A DNA stretch of 64,000 nucleotides, taken from contig OZ253553.1 in assembly GCA_965262715.1 (NCBI GenBank), forward strand, positions 1,120,001-1,184,000, read 5' to 3'. Each line of letters begins with the position of its first letter. The first letter of the stretch is position 1. This document shows, piece after piece, positions 50,993-60,339 of the stretch. Position numbers and translations under genes: made by a program. This stretch comes from Bdellovibrionales bacterium. GTDB lineage: Bacteria > Bdellovibrionota > Bdellovibrionia > Bdellovibrionales > JAUICD01. Under the pieces are notes generated by a model, which did no database searches, was not told where the DNA came from, and saw only the letters and a list, made by a program, of their open reading frames with translations.

Positions 50993-51811
50993 ATGGCTCA
51001 ATTTCCTAGTTTTTCTGAAGCTCAAGTCAACTCTTTAGCTAAAATACTCGGTGAACTTATTACAGGAACACAAATTACAAATATCTTGAAAACTCATGAT
51101 ATTGAAGACAAATCAGGAGAATCCACTAAATGGAAAAGACTTTATTCGGTCTTTGTAGGGATTCAAAAAAGAGATGGATGCTCCAATAAGATCATAGAGC
51201 TTATTAGAACATCTTTTCTTGATCCTTCAGGTTTTGTTGAACGAAAAGAAGAATTTGAAAAATATCGTCAGAAGCTTAATCAAATACTGAGTTTTTCTGG
51301 ATTAGAATACGGTTCAAAGGGTCAATTTAGATACTGTTCTAAAGCTCAAACAATTGATGAGGCTGAAAAAAGATTTCAAACAATTCAATCAACCTTTAAA
51401 GAAAGAAATATTCATCCTGAAGTGTTAAAATATTGTCGTACTGAGCTTCTAAAAGACAACTTATTTCATGCTGTATTTGAAGCAACAAAAGGATTAGCAG
51501 AATGTCTTCGGGAAAAATCAGGAGTAAAAGATTTGGATGGAACTTCTCTTGTAGAGAAAGTCTTTTCAACTGAAAATCCTATTCTTGCATTTAATACATT
51601 AGAGACTCAAACAGAAAGAAGTGAACATAAAGGTTTTTCTTCTTTATTAAAAGGATGTTTTTCTATGGTTAGAAATCCAATAGCCCATCAACCAAAGGTT
51701 CTATGGAAAAATGAAGATGATATCATAGATTATTTTTCTCTCATTTCATTGCTCCATAGGAAACTTGATAATTGTGTCCCAACACAAATGCGGAAAAATC
51801 ATGGAAGGTAA
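50993..51811 (+). CDS. TIGR02391 family HEPN protein
   Basis: STKWKRL, IHPEV, FHAVFEATK, DG..LV..VF, RNPIAH (RxxxxH). Confidence 0.88.
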   Translation: MAQFPSFSEAQVNSLAKILGELITGTQITNILKTHDIEDKSGESTKWKRLYSVFVGIQKRDGCSNKIIELIRTSFLDPSGFVERKEEFEKYRQKLNQILSFSGLEYGSKGQFRYCSKAQTIDEAEKRFQTIQSTFKERNIHPEVLKYCRTELLKDNLFHAVFEATKGLAECLREKSGVKDLDGTSLVEKVFSTENPILAFNTLETQTERSEHKGFSSLLKGCFSMVRNPIAHQPKVLWKNEDDIIDYFSLISLLHRKLDNCVPTQMRKNHGR

Positions 51812-51914
51812 GTTTAACTCTTATTTAAGATATAAAAATTCAAGCTTCCAAAAAAGGCTAACATAGGCAATTACACAATTTTTATTACAGAGCCAAATTA
51901 ATAGAATATAACAA

Positions 51915-52556
51915 ATGAAGAAATATAATAGAAAAACTTTTTTTGAAAACAAAAAATGTCTTGAGTATCTAAAACAATTTAGACAAATGGTTGAGCATTA
52001 TTCAAAAAAAATAGAGCTAAGTTTATTTGAATTAGGTAGTTTACAAGTAGAAAACTTTAGACAATATGAAGAATATTGTATGAGAAAACCTGTTATAAAT
52101 GAAAATGATTTAAAAAATCTTCGTAAGCAGATCAATGAAAGATTAGAACCCATTCGTCAAATTATTATTGATTCAGAAATAAATCCACTTATTACATATT
52201 CGCCTCCTTTATTTACTGGTGTAGTTGATAAACGAATAATTGATCTTTTAGACAATATATTCAATTTAGGCACAAAAAAAATCTCATATAATTTTGTTCT
52301 TGACTATATAGACCGAGCCATAGGTGTTTACAAAAATGATCAAAGAGCATCTTTAATAAGGACCTTTAATCCTATTTTTTGGATTAAAGAACTTCTTGAA
52401 TCTGTTGTCGGTATTCCTTTTTATTTCTTAAAAAAGTCAGGATTCAGTAATAATTTAGAAGAAACTTTTTTCGCAAAAATCATAAAATTTGTAATATATC
52501 TTATTTCATTAATATCAGGAGCTTGGTTTATTATAGATAAGCTTTTAAGAATGTAA
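51915..52556 (+). CDS. Hypothetical protein with C-terminal TM helix
   Basis: 213 aa; hydrophobic end FVIYLISLISGAWFII. Confidence 0.7.
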   Translation: MKKYNRKTFFENKKCLEYLKQFRQMVEHYSKKIELSLFELGSLQVENFRQYEEYCMRKPVINENDLKNLRKQINERLEPIRQIIIDSEINPLITYSPPLFTGVVDKRIIDLLDNIFNLGTKKISYNFVLDYIDRAIGVYKNDQRASLIRTFNPIFWIKELLESVVGIPFYFLKKSGFSNNLEETFFAKIIKFVIYLISLISGAWFIIDKLLRM

Positions 52557-52612
52557 TTAACTTGAATTTATTGTAACGATTCAAATATATAATTGAACAG
52601 AGAATAGAAAGA

Positions 52613-54661
52613 ATGAATATAGAAATAGAATTTAATTCTACAATAAGAGAATTAGCTGAAAAAAGTCAAGAGATGGCTGCTAAAGATACTTCTCCTTTGG
52701 TTTGCTTAGTAGCCGGTCCTGGAACAGGAAAATCAAAAGTAATAGAACAAAGAGTTTTGTATTTGTTAAAAAAGGAAGTAAATGCTAATAACATTTTTGC
52801 AGTATCCTATACTCGTGCCTCTGCTAATGATTTAAAAGATCGTGTTTATAATTATTGTAAGGAAAAAAAATACAATAATGTCAATGGTGTAGGTATTTCA
52901 ACTCTCCATTCACTCGCTTTAAAAATACTTAAAATATCTGGTGTTTTTTTAAATTTTCCAGTTGATCCAAAAGTATTGGATGACTGGGAAATAGAAAATA
53001 TTTTTGATCGAGAGTTTTCAGAATTAAGTCAGTATAGTAAACGACATGCAAGCAAGATAAGAAAATATCATGAATCAATTTGGAATATAGAAGATGCAGG
53101 CGACTATTCTACATCTCATAATAATATTTCTATTACTATAACTGAAAAAGAAAAAAGAGTTTTTGAGCAATTTTACCTTTACTGGATATACTTATATGCA
53201 GCAATTTTACCGGGTGAAATTATTCGTTCTTGTGTAAAAAAAATCGAAAATAACCTTTCATGTATTAAATCTTATTTAAATATTTCTCATTTAATTATTG
53301 ATGAGTTTCAAGATTTAAATCCGATGGATTTAAAATTCATAGACCTAATCATTAAATCAGGTATTAATGTTTTTGTTGCTGGAGATGATGATCAAAGTAT
53401 CTATAGTTTTCGACACGCATCACCTATTGGACTACAAAATTTTACTCAAAGACCTTCTGCTGAATTACATATTCTTAAGCACTGTTTCAGGTGTCCTTCT
53501 GTTATTTTAAATTCTGCTGTTGCTTTAATTGAAAGATATGGAGGGCAAAATCGGATAAAAAAGCAATACATTTCAATGTATGACAGTTCTAGTCCTAAGC
53601 TTAATGGAATAGTAAAATTATGGAAATTTAAAGGTTATAAGAAAGAAGCAGAAGGTATAGCGAAGTCATGTAAAAAATTGAAAGAAGCAGGTTTGTCTTA
53701 CGATTCAATTCTTGTATTAGTAGCAAATACTCAAATGCAACTTAAAGCAATTAAAGAAGCTTTTAATGATTATAAAATAAAGTACAACTCCCCTAAAGAG
53801 AAAGATTTTCAAGATACAAAAATTGGCAGAGGTCTACTAAGTTTATTGAGACTTGTTGCAACTAATGAAGCTAGAAAAACAGATAAGAGACAAGATGATT
53901 ATATAGCTTTAAGATATATTGTTAAGAATAAAAAAGGTGTAGGTAAAGAAACATTTAATAAAATTGTTAAAACTATTATCTCAAATCAGCTAAATTTTAG
54001 AAATATTTTTGAAAATAGTTTATCTGATAATAAGTTTGATAGAAAAGAAATCAAAGTTATTTTCGCTATTCGTAAATATTTAAAAAATATAGATAGCTGG
54101 CGAAGTGCTGATACAATTGAAGAAAAACGAAATGATATAAAAAATTTCTTATCTCTAACAAACTTTAAACCAATTGAAGTTCAAGAACTTAATGAATTTT
54201 TAGATAGTTTACCTCAACAAGCAAATTTTCAAGAACTTAAAGCTTATATGGAAGCTGATACTTTGAATAATAAAAAAATAGCTGTTAAACATATTTATGA
54301 AAGGCTTGGAATTCAAGATAATATTGATACACCTCAAACAGAAGCCGTTAAAATTATGACCTTACACGGATGTAAGGGTTTATCTGGAGATGTTGTTTTT
54401 ATACCTGGGTTAGAAAAAGGATTATTACCGAATGACAAACAAGTTAATAATGATAAGATAAAAGAAGGAGCAAGAATGCTTTTTGTTGGAATAACAAGAG
54501 CAAAACGTTGTTGTGTTTTGAGTTACTCCACTAAGCGTTGGATATATACAGAGCTAAAAACTCAAGAGGCTTCTGAATATATTTCACACTTAAATAATCA
54601 ATTCGAAGATGGAGATATATTAAGTAAAATTGAATGTGAGAAAATAATAAGTATAATTTGA
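52613..54661 (+). CDS. UvrD/PcrA-like SF1 helicase (GajB-like)
   Basis: AGPGTGKS, STLHS, IDEFQD, GDDDQSIYSFR, FRCP, MTLHGCKGL, FVGITRAK. Confidence 0.93.
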   Translation: MNIEIEFNSTIRELAEKSQEMAAKDTSPLVCLVAGPGTGKSKVIEQRVLYLLKKEVNANNIFAVSYTRASANDLKDRVYNYCKEKKYNNVNGVGISTLHSLALKILKISGVFLNFPVDPKVLDDWEIENIFDREFSELSQYSKRHASKIRKYHESIWNIEDAGDYSTSHNNISITITEKEKRVFEQFYLYWIYLYAAILPGEIIRSCVKKIENNLSCIKSYLNISHLIIDEFQDLNPMDLKFIDLIIKSGINVFVAGDDDQSIYSFRHASPIGLQNFTQRPSAELHILKHCFRCPSVILNSAVALIERYGGQNRIKKQYISMYDSSSPKLNGIVKLWKFKGYKKEAEGIAKSCKKLKEAGLSYDSILVLVANTQMQLKAIKEAFNDYKIKYNSPKEKDFQDTKIGRGLLSLLRLVATNEARKTDKRQDDYIALRYIVKNKKGVGKETFNKIVKTIISNQLNFRNIFENSLSDNKFDRKEIKVIFAIRKYLKNIDSWRSADTIEEKRNDIKNFLSLTNFKPIEVQELNEFLDSLPQQANFQELKAYMEADTLNNKKIAVKHIYERLGIQDNIDTPQTEAVKIMTLHGCKGLSGDVVFIPGLEKGLLPNDKQVNNDKIKEGARMLFVGITRAKRCCVLSYSTKRWIYTELKTQEASEYISHLNNQFEDGDILSKIECEKIISII

Positions 54662-54918
54662 AACTTCAGTAACTAAGAAAACTCTGATTTTAGCTCTGTA
54701 ATAAAAATTGTGTAATTACCTATTTAGTAGTATAAGCTTTTTTTGAAAGGTAATAGGTAACTTATGAACATAGAGACAATTGGCAAAGCATAAAATTTAC
54801 TAGTGTCGACCCCCTTTCTTCTTAGTCACTTGCAATTTCAAGATATTTGGATTAAGTGTAATAAAAAGAAGTAATTTACAAACTCCTACTATTATAATCC
54901 TAAGGAAAGGTATTTATT

Positions 54919-55713
54919 ATGGATTTAGGAACAGGGCTCGCTATTTTTGGTTCAAAGGACATTATTGTCAAATTATTAGGTCCAACTGCAGATTACTTAG
55001 GTGGTGAGTTACAATTTTTTATACAAAAGCGGATTCAAAATATTAAACAGATACTTGAAAATGCTTGGGTGAAATTGCAACAACAAGGTAGAGATCAGAT
55101 TAATGGGACTGTATCGCCAAAGGTTTTAAAGGGAATCATTAATGAAGGCTCTTATGCTGAAGATTTTTTAAGTATAGAATACTTTGGAGGTGTATTAGCA
55201 TCATCTAGAACTGATATATCTTATGATGACAGAGGAGCATATTTTAATTCACTTATATCAAGATTGTCTACGTATCAATTAAGAATGCATTATGTATTCT
55301 ATCATATTTTAAAACAAGAATTTCATGGAGAAAACATCAATTTTGGTATTGATACTGAAAGAAATAAGTTGAGATTATTTATACCTTTTTCATCTTGGAT
55401 TAAATCAATGAATTTTACAGGTAAAGAAGTAGATCAAATTGGTACTTATTTCGACCATATAATAAATGGCCTATTAAGAGAACAATTAATTGATACATGG
55501 TTTCACTTTGGAGAAGTAGAATATTTAAAAAAACATTTTGAAAAAGCTTTAGAAAGTGGAGTCATGCTTCAACCAAATAGACTTGGTTTTGAGCTGTTTT
55601 ATTGGGCTTATGGATTAGGTACAGAAAATACAAGAACTTTTTTTCAAAAAGATAAATATTTTAAAATATATGAGGATGTCACTATTGATAATAACTGCAA
55701 ACGAGTAAATTAA
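54919..55713 (+). CDS. Abi-alpha / DUF4393-like protein
   Basis: LGPTADYLG...VSPKVLK.II..GS..ED.....FGGVLASS...F.SLISRLS pattern. Confidence 0.6.
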   Translation: MDLGTGLAIFGSKDIIVKLLGPTADYLGGELQFFIQKRIQNIKQILENAWVKLQQQGRDQINGTVSPKVLKGIINEGSYAEDFLSIEYFGGVLASSRTDISYDDRGAYFNSLISRLSTYQLRMHYVFYHILKQEFHGENINFGIDTERNKLRLFIPFSSWIKSMNFTGKEVDQIGTYFDHIINGLLREQLIDTWFHFGEVEYLKKHFEKALESGVMLQPNRLGFELFYWAYGLGTENTRTFFQKDKYFKIYEDVTIDNNCKRVN

Positions 55714-55961
55714 ATATGGAATTATAGAGGGGACTTTACTGACTTTAATTATCAGTCACTAGAGTAGAAAGACAAAACTTGAAAAATAGAAATGCAATAA
55801 AAGAGTTTAGAAATACAACTACAGGTAATACTAGAAACTTATGGAAAAGGGATAAAAAAATTAATTTAAATAAGTCTATGATAAATTTAGATTCCAATTG
55901 ATAGACTATAATATAAAATCTAAGCAATAAAAATTGAACAAGATTGTGATTAAGGTTTGTT

Positions 55962-57974
55962 ATGGATAATTTCAATGAAAAAGTAAGTTTTATTTGGTCA
56001 GTGGCAGACTTGTTGCGTGGCCCTTACCGTCCAAATCAATATAAGAATGTAATGTTACCTCTTACAGTTTTAAGAAGACTTGATTGTGTCTTAGAACCAA
56101 CAAAAGACAAAGTTCTTGCAAAAGTAAAAACTCTAAAAGGTGGTAAGATTAAAAATCTAGAACCAATTCTCAATACAATTGCAAAGCAAAGTTTTCACAA
56201 CAAAAGCCGATTTACTTTTGAAAAATTAAAAGGCGATCCAAATAACATTGCGGCAAATCTAACAAACTATATAAAAGGTTTTTCTAAAAAAGCATTGCAG
56301 ATTATTGAGCATTTTCAATTTGAAAATCATATAGCTAAGCTTGAAAAAGCAGACCGCTTATTTCTAGTGATTTCTAAATTCTGTGATATTAACCTTCATC
56401 CTAAAAAAGTCAGTAATATTGAAATGGGCTATATATTTGAAGAACTTATTAGAAAATTTAACGAGGCAAGTAATGAAGAAGCGGGATATCATTTTACTCC
56501 TCGTGAAGTTATTCGGCTTATGGTAGATCTTATTTTTCTTCCTGATAAAGACATTCTCACAAAAAAAGGAGTGGTGAAGACTTTGTTTGATCCAGCTTGT
56601 GGTACTGGAGGAATGTTGTCTGTTTCAGAAGAATATGTGAGAGAGCTTAACCCAGATGCTCAACTTGAAGTCTTTGGTCAAGACTACAATGATCAGGCTT
56701 ATGCTGTATGTGGTTCTGATATGATGATTAAAGGTCAAGATATTGAGCACATCAAATTTGGAAATAGCTTTACTGAAGATCATTTTTTAGGAAAACAGTT
56801 TGATTATATGCTTGCCAATCCACCTTTTGGAGTAGAATGGAAACCTGAAGCTAATTTTATAAAAAAAGAATATAAAGAGCAAGGCTTTGGAGGTCGGTTT
56901 GGTGCTGGCCTTCCTCGTATTAATGATGGCTCATTATTGTTCTTACAGCATAAAATTAGTAAAATGAAATCTATCAAAGAGGGAGGCACCCGGCTAGCTA
57001 TTGTATTTAATGGATCTCCTTTATTTACAGGCAGTGCTGGTTCTGGTGAAAGTGAAATACGTTGTTGGATTATTGAAAATGACTGGTTAGAAGCCATTGT
57101 TGCGTTGCCAGATCAGCTTTTTTACAATACTGGCATTCATACCTATCTTTGGATACTTACTAATCGTAAGGAAAAGAATAGAAAGGGTAAAATTCAACTT
57201 GTTAATGCCACAAGTTTTTTTCAAAAAATGCATAAATCTTTAGGCAATAAGCGTAATGAAATTAGTGATGAATATAGAGATGAAATAACACGTATTTATG
57301 GAAAATTTACTGAAAGTGAGTATGTACGTATTTTTGATAATAAAAATTTTGGTTATCATAAGGTTACAGTTGAACGTCCTCTTAAGCTCAATTTTGCTGT
57401 CAATGATGAACGTCTTGAAAAATTGAAACAGACAGAGAAATTTAAAAAATTGGCAATTAGCAAAAAACGTAAAAATATTCAAATAGCCTCAATTGAGATT
57501 GAGAAAGGAAAAACCCTTCAAAAATCAATTTTATCTGCTCTTATTTCTTTATCTTCAAAAGATCTTATTAAGAATAGAAAACAATTCACCAAATTGATGA
57601 AATCATGTTTTCAAAAAGCTGGATTTAATCTTCAGACAAATCTTTTTAAAGCTATTCTTATGACATTAAGTGAGCGAGATGACACAGCAGATATTTGTAG
57701 AAATTTAAAAGGAGAGCCTGAATCAGATACTGAACTTAGAGATTATGAAAATGTGCCTTTAAAAGAAGATGTTCAAACTTACATGAAAAAAGAAGTTTTA
57801 CCTCATGTTCCTGATGCTTGGATCGATAAATCTAAAACTAAGGTAGGTTATGAAATCAATTTCAATCGGTATTTTTATAAATATGTTCCACCTCGTCCAT
57901 TAGAAGAGATTGAAAAAGACTTAAGAGGAGTTGAAAATGAAATTGCTTTTTTGTTGAAGAATGTGATAAAGTAA
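55962..57974 (+). CDS. hsdM: Type I RM methyltransferase subunit
   Basis: FIWSVADLLRG, HFTPREV, FDPACGTGGML, ANPPFG. Confidence 0.96.
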   Translation: MDNFNEKVSFIWSVADLLRGPYRPNQYKNVMLPLTVLRRLDCVLEPTKDKVLAKVKTLKGGKIKNLEPILNTIAKQSFHNKSRFTFEKLKGDPNNIAANLTNYIKGFSKKALQIIEHFQFENHIAKLEKADRLFLVISKFCDINLHPKKVSNIEMGYIFEELIRKFNEASNEEAGYHFTPREVIRLMVDLIFLPDKDILTKKGVVKTLFDPACGTGGMLSVSEEYVRELNPDAQLEVFGQDYNDQAYAVCGSDMMIKGQDIEHIKFGNSFTEDHFLGKQFDYMLANPPFGVEWKPEANFIKKEYKEQGFGGRFGAGLPRINDGSLLFLQHKISKMKSIKEGGTRLAIVFNGSPLFTGSAGSGESEIRCWIIENDWLEAIVALPDQLFYNTGIHTYLWILTNRKEKNRKGKIQLVNATSFFQKMHKSLGNKRNEISDEYRDEITRIYGKFTESEYVRIFDNKNFGYHKVTVERPLKLNFAVNDERLEKLKQTEKFKKLAISKKRKNIQIASIEIEKGKTLQKSILSALISLSSKDLIKNRKQFTKLMKSCFQKAGFNLQTNLFKAILMTLSERDDTADICRNLKGEPESDTELRDYENVPLKEDVQTYMKKEVLPHVPDAWIDKSKTKVGYEINFNRYFYKYVPPRPLEEIEKDLRGVENEIAFLLKNVIK

Positions 57975-58018
57975 ATAAAAAAACTTATCATATTTTATTA
58001 TGAATGGATCAATAAGTT

Positions 58019-58486
58019 ATGAAGTTCAACACATCTTTTTTACTTATTTTAATTTCGATTACAATTGCTATAATGTTTATATATATTGGATCAAATCGTC
58101 AATTGACTACATTGGAAAATGTATTATTTCAGTTGATTATATTATCTATTGGCTTAATAGGATCATTTCTTTTTGGAAGAGTTAAGTCTAAAGAAATTGA
58201 TAAACCACGTCTAAGATCCGCTTTTCGTAGACTTATTTCTCTTTATCGAAGTCTTTCTCGTATGGCTTTTATTGTTAGTGAAAATCAAGAACGAGGAGGA
58301 CAAGAAGACAAAACAACACTTTTAAAAATTGAATCAATAATTACAGAACAAATATTTGCTGTCGATGATGCAATGTTAGATTGGTATGATATAACACCAG
58401 AAGAAGTTAAAGATTTATATAAGTCTAAAAATTTATTTTTTGATGATACTTTAAGACAAACCAAGAGGGAGTCAGATAGTGAATGA
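58019..58486 (+). CDS. Two-TM membrane protein inserted in the hsd operon
   Basis: Two N-terminal TM helices plus a helical soluble tail. Confidence 0.75.
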   Translation: MKFNTSFLLILISITIAIMFIYIGSNRQLTTLENVLFQLIILSIGLIGSFLFGRVKSKEIDKPRLRSAFRRLISLYRSLSRMAFIVSENQERGGQEDKTTLLKIESIITEQIFAVDDAMLDWYDITPEEVKDLYKSKNLFFDDTLRQTKRESDSE

Positions 58487-58919
58487 CCTTATTCGAGGCA
58501 AGGTTGCTAAAATTCTGAACTCTCGTGAGGTGGCTATAAATATTGGTTCTCATCACGGAGTGAGAGAAGGAATGTTATTTGATATTCTTGACCTTAGTGG
58601 CAAAAATATCATAGACCCTGACACAGAAGAAAACTTAGGTTCAATTGAAAGGCCAAAAGTGAGAGTTCAAGTCAAACATATAAGAGATAATTTTTCTATT
58701 GCCTCAACATTTAAAAAAAATGAGATAAATATTGGAGGTAAAGGAGGTGGCTTTGCCTTGTTATCTAAAGCATTTCTTCCACCAAAATGGGTTACCAAGT
58801 ATGAAACATTAAAAACAGCAGATCAAACATGGGAATCTATTACAGAGGATCAGAGCTATATTAAGATTGGAGACCCCATAATTCAAGTTTTTGAAGACAA
58901 TAAAGAAAAGGTTAAGTGA
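58479..58919 (+). CDS. FlgT-C-like small beta-barrel protein inserted in the hsd operon
   Basis: GKVAKI....VAINIG...GV.EGM.F.I...IIDPDT.E.LG pattern; overlaps the previous gene. Confidence 0.65.
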   Translation: MNDLIRGKVAKILNSREVAINIGSHHGVREGMLFDILDLSGKNIIDPDTEENLGSIERPKVRVQVKHIRDNFSIASTFKKNEINIGGKGGGFALLSKAFLPPKWVTKYETLKTADQTWESITEDQSYIKIGDPIIQVFEDNKEKVK

Positions 58920-58926
58920 GTTAATA

Positions 58927-60339
58927 ATGATAATTTTGAAACCTTACATAGAATACAAAGATTCTGGTATAAAATGGATTGGCAATATTCCTAGTCACTG
59001 GGAGACAAATAAGTTAAAATTTTTACTATCTGAACCGTTAAAATATGGAGCAAATGAGCCTGCTGAATACGATGAACTTTCTTGGCCAAGATATATTAGA
59101 ATTACTGACATAGATGAAAAAGGTTTATTAAAAAAAAAGACTTTTAAATCCATCTCTGAAGACATTGCCTATCCTTATCTTTTAAAAGATGGAGATATAT
59201 TATTTGCACGTAGTGGTGCTACTGTAGGTAAAACTTTTTTTTATTTAAAATCATTTGGCAAATCTGCTTATGCAGGATATTTGATACGTGCAAGATTTAA
59301 AAATAAAAAAGTTTTTTCAAAATTTATTTATTACTTTTCTCGTTCTAATATCTATTGGGAATGGATTAAAAGTAATTTTATACAAGCTACTATTCAAAAT
59401 ATTAGTGCTGAAAAATATTCTAATTTATTACTTCCTCTACCTTTATCTCTTAAAGAGCAACAAGCTATTGCAAGTTATCTTGATGATAGGACAAAACAGA
59501 TTGATTCTCTTATTGAGAAGAAACAACAACAGATCAAATTACTTCAAGAAAAAAGATCAGCCCTTATTACCCATAAAGTGACCAAAGGACTTGACCCTAA
59601 AGTTAAAATGAAAGATTCTTATGTGAAGTGGCTAGGAAAAATCCCAGCACATTGGACAGCTAAAAAGCTAAAGTATTTAGCAATAGTTAATTCTAGCAAT
59701 GTTGATAAAAAAACAAAAGAACATGAAAAAGATATTTTATTATGCAATTATGTTGATGTTTATAAAAATGATTATATTGACAATGGGATTAACTTTATGA
59801 AAGCTACTGCATCAGATACTCAGATAAAAAAATTTCGACTTCAAAAAAATGATGTTATTATCACAAAAGATTCAGAATCTCCAAATGACATTGGAGTACC
59901 TGCCTTTGTCTTAAAGGATTTTGAAGATATTGTTTGCGGATATCATCTAGCTCAAATAAAACCTAAAACTATAATAGGTTCTTTTTTGTTTAGATGCTTT
60001 CAAACTAAGTGGCTTCAAGCATACTTTGAAATATCTGCCAAAGGTATTACTCGCTATGGATTAAGTGTTAGCGACATCAATTCTTCTATAATACCTATTC
60101 CTACAATAATAGACGAGCAAAAAATAATTGCTAATTTTCTTGATAAAGAAACTTCTAAAATCGATACTTTAATTTTAAAAATTAAACAATCCATACAACT
60201 TTTAAAAGAATACCGACCTGCTCTTATTACTGCTGCTGTTACAGGTAAAATAAATGTTCAGAAAAATACAGAAGTTATAAAAACCTCTAGTAAAAAAAAT
60301 AGAAAAATAAAAGAAAACTATAATGACGACACAGTATAA
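58927..60339 (+). CDS. hsdS: Type I RM specificity subunit
   Basis: YKDSGIKWIG.IP.HW and MKDS..WLG.IP.HW repeats, two TRDs, EQ..IA..LD, ALITAAVTGKI. Confidence 0.95.
   Translation: MIILKPYIEYKDSGIKWIGNIPSHWETNKLKFLLSEPLKYGANEPAEYDELSWPRYIRITDIDEKGLLKKKTFKSISEDIAYPYLLKDGDILFARSGATVGKTFFYLKSFGKSAYAGYLIRARFKNKKVFSKFIYYFSRSNIYWEWIKSNFIQATIQNISAEKYSNLLLPLPLSLKEQQAIASYLDDRTKQIDSLIEKKQQQIKLLQEKRSALITHKVTKGLDPKVKMKDSYVKWLGKIPAHWTAKKLKYLAIVNSSNVDKKTKEHEKDILLCNYVDVYKNDYIDNGINFMKATASDTQIKKFRLQKNDVIITKDSESPNDIGVPAFVLKDFEDIVCGYHLAQIKPKTIIGSFLFRCFQTKWLQAYFEISAKGITRYGLSVSDINSSIIPIPTIIDEQKIIANFLDKETSKIDTLILKIKQSIQLLKEYRPALITAAVTGKINVQKNTEVIKTSSKKNRKIKENYNDDTV

Larger units (their letters stand above)
51864..54722. 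mobile_element. Cassette bounded by 30-bp terminal inverted repeats, no transposase
   Basis: TAGGCAATTACACAATTTTTATTACAGAGC (51864-51893) vs GCTCTGTAATAAAAATTGTGTAATTACCTA (54693-54722), 29/30. Confidence 0.7.

Noticed and set aside
48200..54661. Naming the genes gajA/gajB
   Set aside because: They are 2.5 kb apart and the helicase lies in a separately bounded cassette.
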